Assembly (NCBI GenBank): GCA_963743305.1
Contig: CAVUPH010000010.1
Location: 64,001 to 128,000, forward strand
Origin: an uncultured delta proteobacterium
GTDB lineage: Bacteria; Desulfobacterota; RBG-13-43-22
Direction: 5' to 3'
Length of the DNA: 64,000 nucleotides
Shown here: in pieces, positions 61,489 to 64,000 of the stretch
Numbering within the stretch: position 1 is the first letter of the stretch
Layout of the letters: each line of letters opens with the position of its first letter
The notes under the pieces: model-generated
The model's input: only the letters and a program-made list of their open reading frames with translations
The model's database searches: none
Told to the model about the DNA's origin: nothing
Program-made: the position numbers and the translations under genes

Positions 61489-63999
61489 TCATATTAGCTC
61501 ACCGGATACCGAGGATCTACCTTTTTTACGGGTCGGATTGAAAATCTTCTGAAAATGGAGGCGAATATTTTGGGTCACCTTGCGATAATGCCGGTAAAGA
61601 TCCCAGGAAAGGATCGGCACCCGAGGTGCCTGGCCCAAGCCCATTAAATCCAGTTTTTCCAGTCGCTTGATCTCTTCCGGGAGGTAGGTCCGCGGCTCTT
61701 CCCGCCGGTCCAGGAGGAGCTGTAACCCGTGATCCAGGGAGCACAAAAACTGATGTCCGTCCCGCAAAATTAGATAGGTCTCTTCCGTCAGGCCCCCCGT
61801 ATCCCGCAGGGCCTGTAAAACTTTCAAGGTGTTGGTTTGGCGGACCTCGGGAACCTGGAGGCCGTGGAGCCGCTGTAAATATTGGGTGATAAATTCAACG
61901 TCGCTCATGCCCCCATAGCCCAATTTGGGGTTGACCCGTTCGCTCCCTTCCCCGGACCGCTCCACTTCCATACGTTTGCGAAAATACGCCATTTCTTCCC
62001 GAATACCCGCGGGGGCAGGCGTTTGATAGAGAAGCCTCTGAATTTCCTCCCGGATTTTCTGGGCCAGGGGTTCCGGCCCGGCGATCACCCGGGCCTTGAG
62101 CAGCATTTGCAGTTCCCAATTCTGGGCCTGGTGACGGTAATACTCCCGAAAAGATTCCAGGGAAACGACCAGGGGCCCAAAGGTCCCGGAAGGCCTTAAC
62201 CGGGTATCCACCCCATAACCCGGACCTTCCTTGAGGGGCAGAGAGATATATGAAATCAAGCGCTGGGCCAACCGGACCAGATATTCACTCCAGGTTATCC
62301 AGGGACGAGACTCTTTTGACCGAGTGGCCCGCGAAGCGGATTGGGCCTCATCGGGAAAGACGGTCTTTAAGGAATAAACGAACATCAGGTCCAGGTCGGA
62401 GGCATAGCCGAGGTCCTGACCTCCCAATTTCCCCAACCCTAGAATGCAGAAAGGGGCCAAGGGGCGGGCCTTGGAAGATCGGGGATAAATGGGATGAATC
62501 ACTTCCCGACTGAGGGTATCTTCGGCGACCCGGGCGGTTTCCACAATCACTTGGTCCGCCAATAGAGACAATCGTTCGGAGGCCTCGGAGGGATTCAGCC
62601 TCCCGGCCATTTCCTCCAGGGCGATTTCCAGAAAATGCTCGTTTTTCCAGCGGCGCAGCCGGGAGAGGTTGTCTTCCAGGTCCGGGTGCGCCGGTCGTTT
62701 AACCGGCAAGGGACTGGGCCAGTCGGAATAAAAGGAAAAGCCGCTTTCCCGGCGCAGGGCCAGACGATCAACCAGCTCGGGATTCTGGATAAAGAACCGG
62801 GACAGCAGGGTGCTTCGGGCAAACAAATGGAGGATTTCCGTTAACAGGGTGGTCCGTTCCAGGAGCATGGACAATATCCCGGTCCGCCCGCCGAGGCTCC
62901 TCAAAAAAAGGTCCAAAAAATGAAGGGTTTGATCCGGGTCAGGGGTTTGAATAACCCCGTGGAGCAGCGCGGGAACTATTCGGATCAACAATTCTTTTTC
63001 TCTTTGGGCCCGTTGGGAAGAGGCCATGCGTTTTTTCCAAGAAACGAGAATTTCCCGGGCTGCGGCCCATTGGTGAAACCCCAAGGCCGTAAGCGAGGTT
63101 TTCCAATCTTCGGGTTCTTGCGGCTCAAAGAGACGCGAAACTTCCCGGGGAGAAACCGAGTACGGCGCCAGCAGCAGTTGAGCGAAGGTCTGTTGTACCC
63201 CTTCCCGGATCTGGGCCAGTTCGCGAAGCCAGCTTTCCAGGCTCAAGGGTTCCGTTGATTTCCGTCGAGGCATGGACCGGGCCACCTGGTGCAAGGGTCC
63301 GGGTTCCTTGGGCAGGCTATGGGTTTGTCGTTGGTGACGCATTTGGAGACGATGTTCCAAGGTTCGCAAATAGGTATAAGCCTTTACCAGGTGGCGATAT
63401 TCTTCTTTGGGCAGCAGACGGGTCTGATACAGCCGGCGCAGGGCCGCCAAGGTATTTCTTTCTCTAATCGCCGGGAGTCGGCCCCCAAAAACCAACTGCA
63501 GGGCCTGGACGATAAATTCGATTTCCCGAATCCCCCCGGGTCCGAGTTTAATGTTGTTGTCGGCCAGCAGATGGGAACGGGCTTCCTGGAGTATTCGTTC
63601 CTTAAGTCCCCGGATATCCTCCAGAACACTGTAGTCCATTACCCGGCGGTAAACGACCGGTTGGATTCCCTCCAGAAAACGTCGTCCCAAGTCCAGGTTT
63701 CCGGCCACCACTCGGGATTTGATCAAGGCCATCCGTTCCCAGGTCTTAGCCTCCGACTGGTAATATTCCAAGGCATTTTCCAGGCTGAGGGCCAACTCGG
63801 AATCTTTCCCGCCGGGACGGAGGTTTAAATCCACCCGAAAAACCAAATCGCCGTTCATCAGGGCGGCCATGGACTGGGTGATACGCCGGGTCAGGAGTTG
63901 GTAAAATTCCCTTTGCTCGCCAAAAGAAAAGGGAAGGTCCGCCAGGGGTTGATAAAGGAAGATCAGATCGATGTCGGAACTGAAATTCAGTTCCTCCCC
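61489..63999 (-). CDS. glnE: Glutamine synthetase adenylyltransferase (5' end outside the window)
   Basis: ELNFSSDIDL, RVDLNLRPGG, WERMALIK, KLGPGGIREIEF; second NT domain GKLGG..SDLDL, DTRLRPSG. Confidence 0.92.
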   Translation of the reverse strand, partial: GEELNFSSDIDLIFLYQPLADLPFSFGEQREFYQLLTRRITQSMAALMNGDLVFRVDLNLRPGGKDSELALSLENALEYYQSEAKTWERMALIKSRVVAGNLDLGRRFLEGIQPVVYRRVMDYSVLEDIRGLKERILQEARSHLLADNNIKLGPGGIREIEFIVQALQLVFGGRLPAIRERNTLAALRRLYQTRLLPKEEYRHLVKAYTYLRTLEHRLQMRHQRQTHSLPKEPGPLHQVARSMPRRKSTEPLSLESWLRELAQIREGVQQTFAQLLLAPYSVSPREVSRLFEPQEPEDWKTSLTALGFHQWAAAREILVSWKKRMASSQRAQREKELLIRIVPALLHGVIQTPDPDQTLHFLDLFLRSLGGRTGILSMLLERTTLLTEILHLFARSTLLSRFFIQNPELVDRLALRRESGFSFYSDWPSPLPVKRPAHPDLEDNLSRLRRWKNEHFLEIALEEMAGRLNPSEASERLSLLADQVIVETARVAEDTLSREVIHPIYPRSSKARPLAPFCILGLGKLGGQDLGYASDLDLMFVYSLKTVFPDEAQSASRATRSKESRPWITWSEYLVRLAQRLISYISLPLKEGPGYGVDTRLRPSGTFGPLVVSLESFREYYRHQAQNWELQMLLKARVIAGPEPLAQKIREEIQRLLYQTPAPAGIREEMAYFRKRMEVERSGEGSERVNPKLGYGGMSDVEFITQYLQRLHGLQVPEVRQTNTLKVLQALRDTGGLTEETYLILRDGHQFLCSLDHGLQLLLDRREEPRTYLPEEIKRLEKLDLMGLGQAPRVPILSWDLYRHYRKVTQNIRLHFQKIFNPTRKKGRSSVSGELI

Positions 64000-64000
64000 C

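Overview
Chromosomal segment of an anaerobic, fairly GC-rich bacterium; gene content suggests Desulfobacterota (Deltaproteobacteria), which is an inference. In order along the window: (i) a heterodisulfide-reductase cluster, made of a membrane NarI-like + CxxCH + 2xHdrC fusion, hdrB, and a double-length hdrA with an in-frame UGA and SECIS-like hairpin; (ii) a nested inverted-repeat intergenic element, a stand-alone cNMP-binding protein and decayed genes; (iii) a ~15 kb potassium-uptake region with a KimA-like permease, a four-helix-bundle protein, an AlgB/KinB-like sigma54 two-component pair, a porin, a small ORF, kdpFABC and two kinase-less KdpD fragments (one fused to PTS EIIA). The algB-to-kdpD block is flanked by a 78-bp direct repeat; (iv) an FMN glutamate-synthase-family gene behind an ANTAR-type two-hairpin/terminator leader, facing a KaiC-like/XRE/cupin regulator; (v) housekeeping genes (dedA, histone H1-like, AmmeMemoRadiSam, ilvD, hemL, ahbB, ModE-like, fdhE, mscL, rne, activase, kinases); (vi) a low-GC B12 radical SAM gene; (vii) glnE-glnA-mvhD-metV-metF followed by three split glutamate synthase genes, one with a degenerate FMN domain, and no gltD. 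Seven genes carry single-base frameshifts that are probably sequencing or assembly errors. I saw no rRNA, tRNA, CRISPR array, integrase or transposase. All product calls rest on motif recognition by eye, not database searches.
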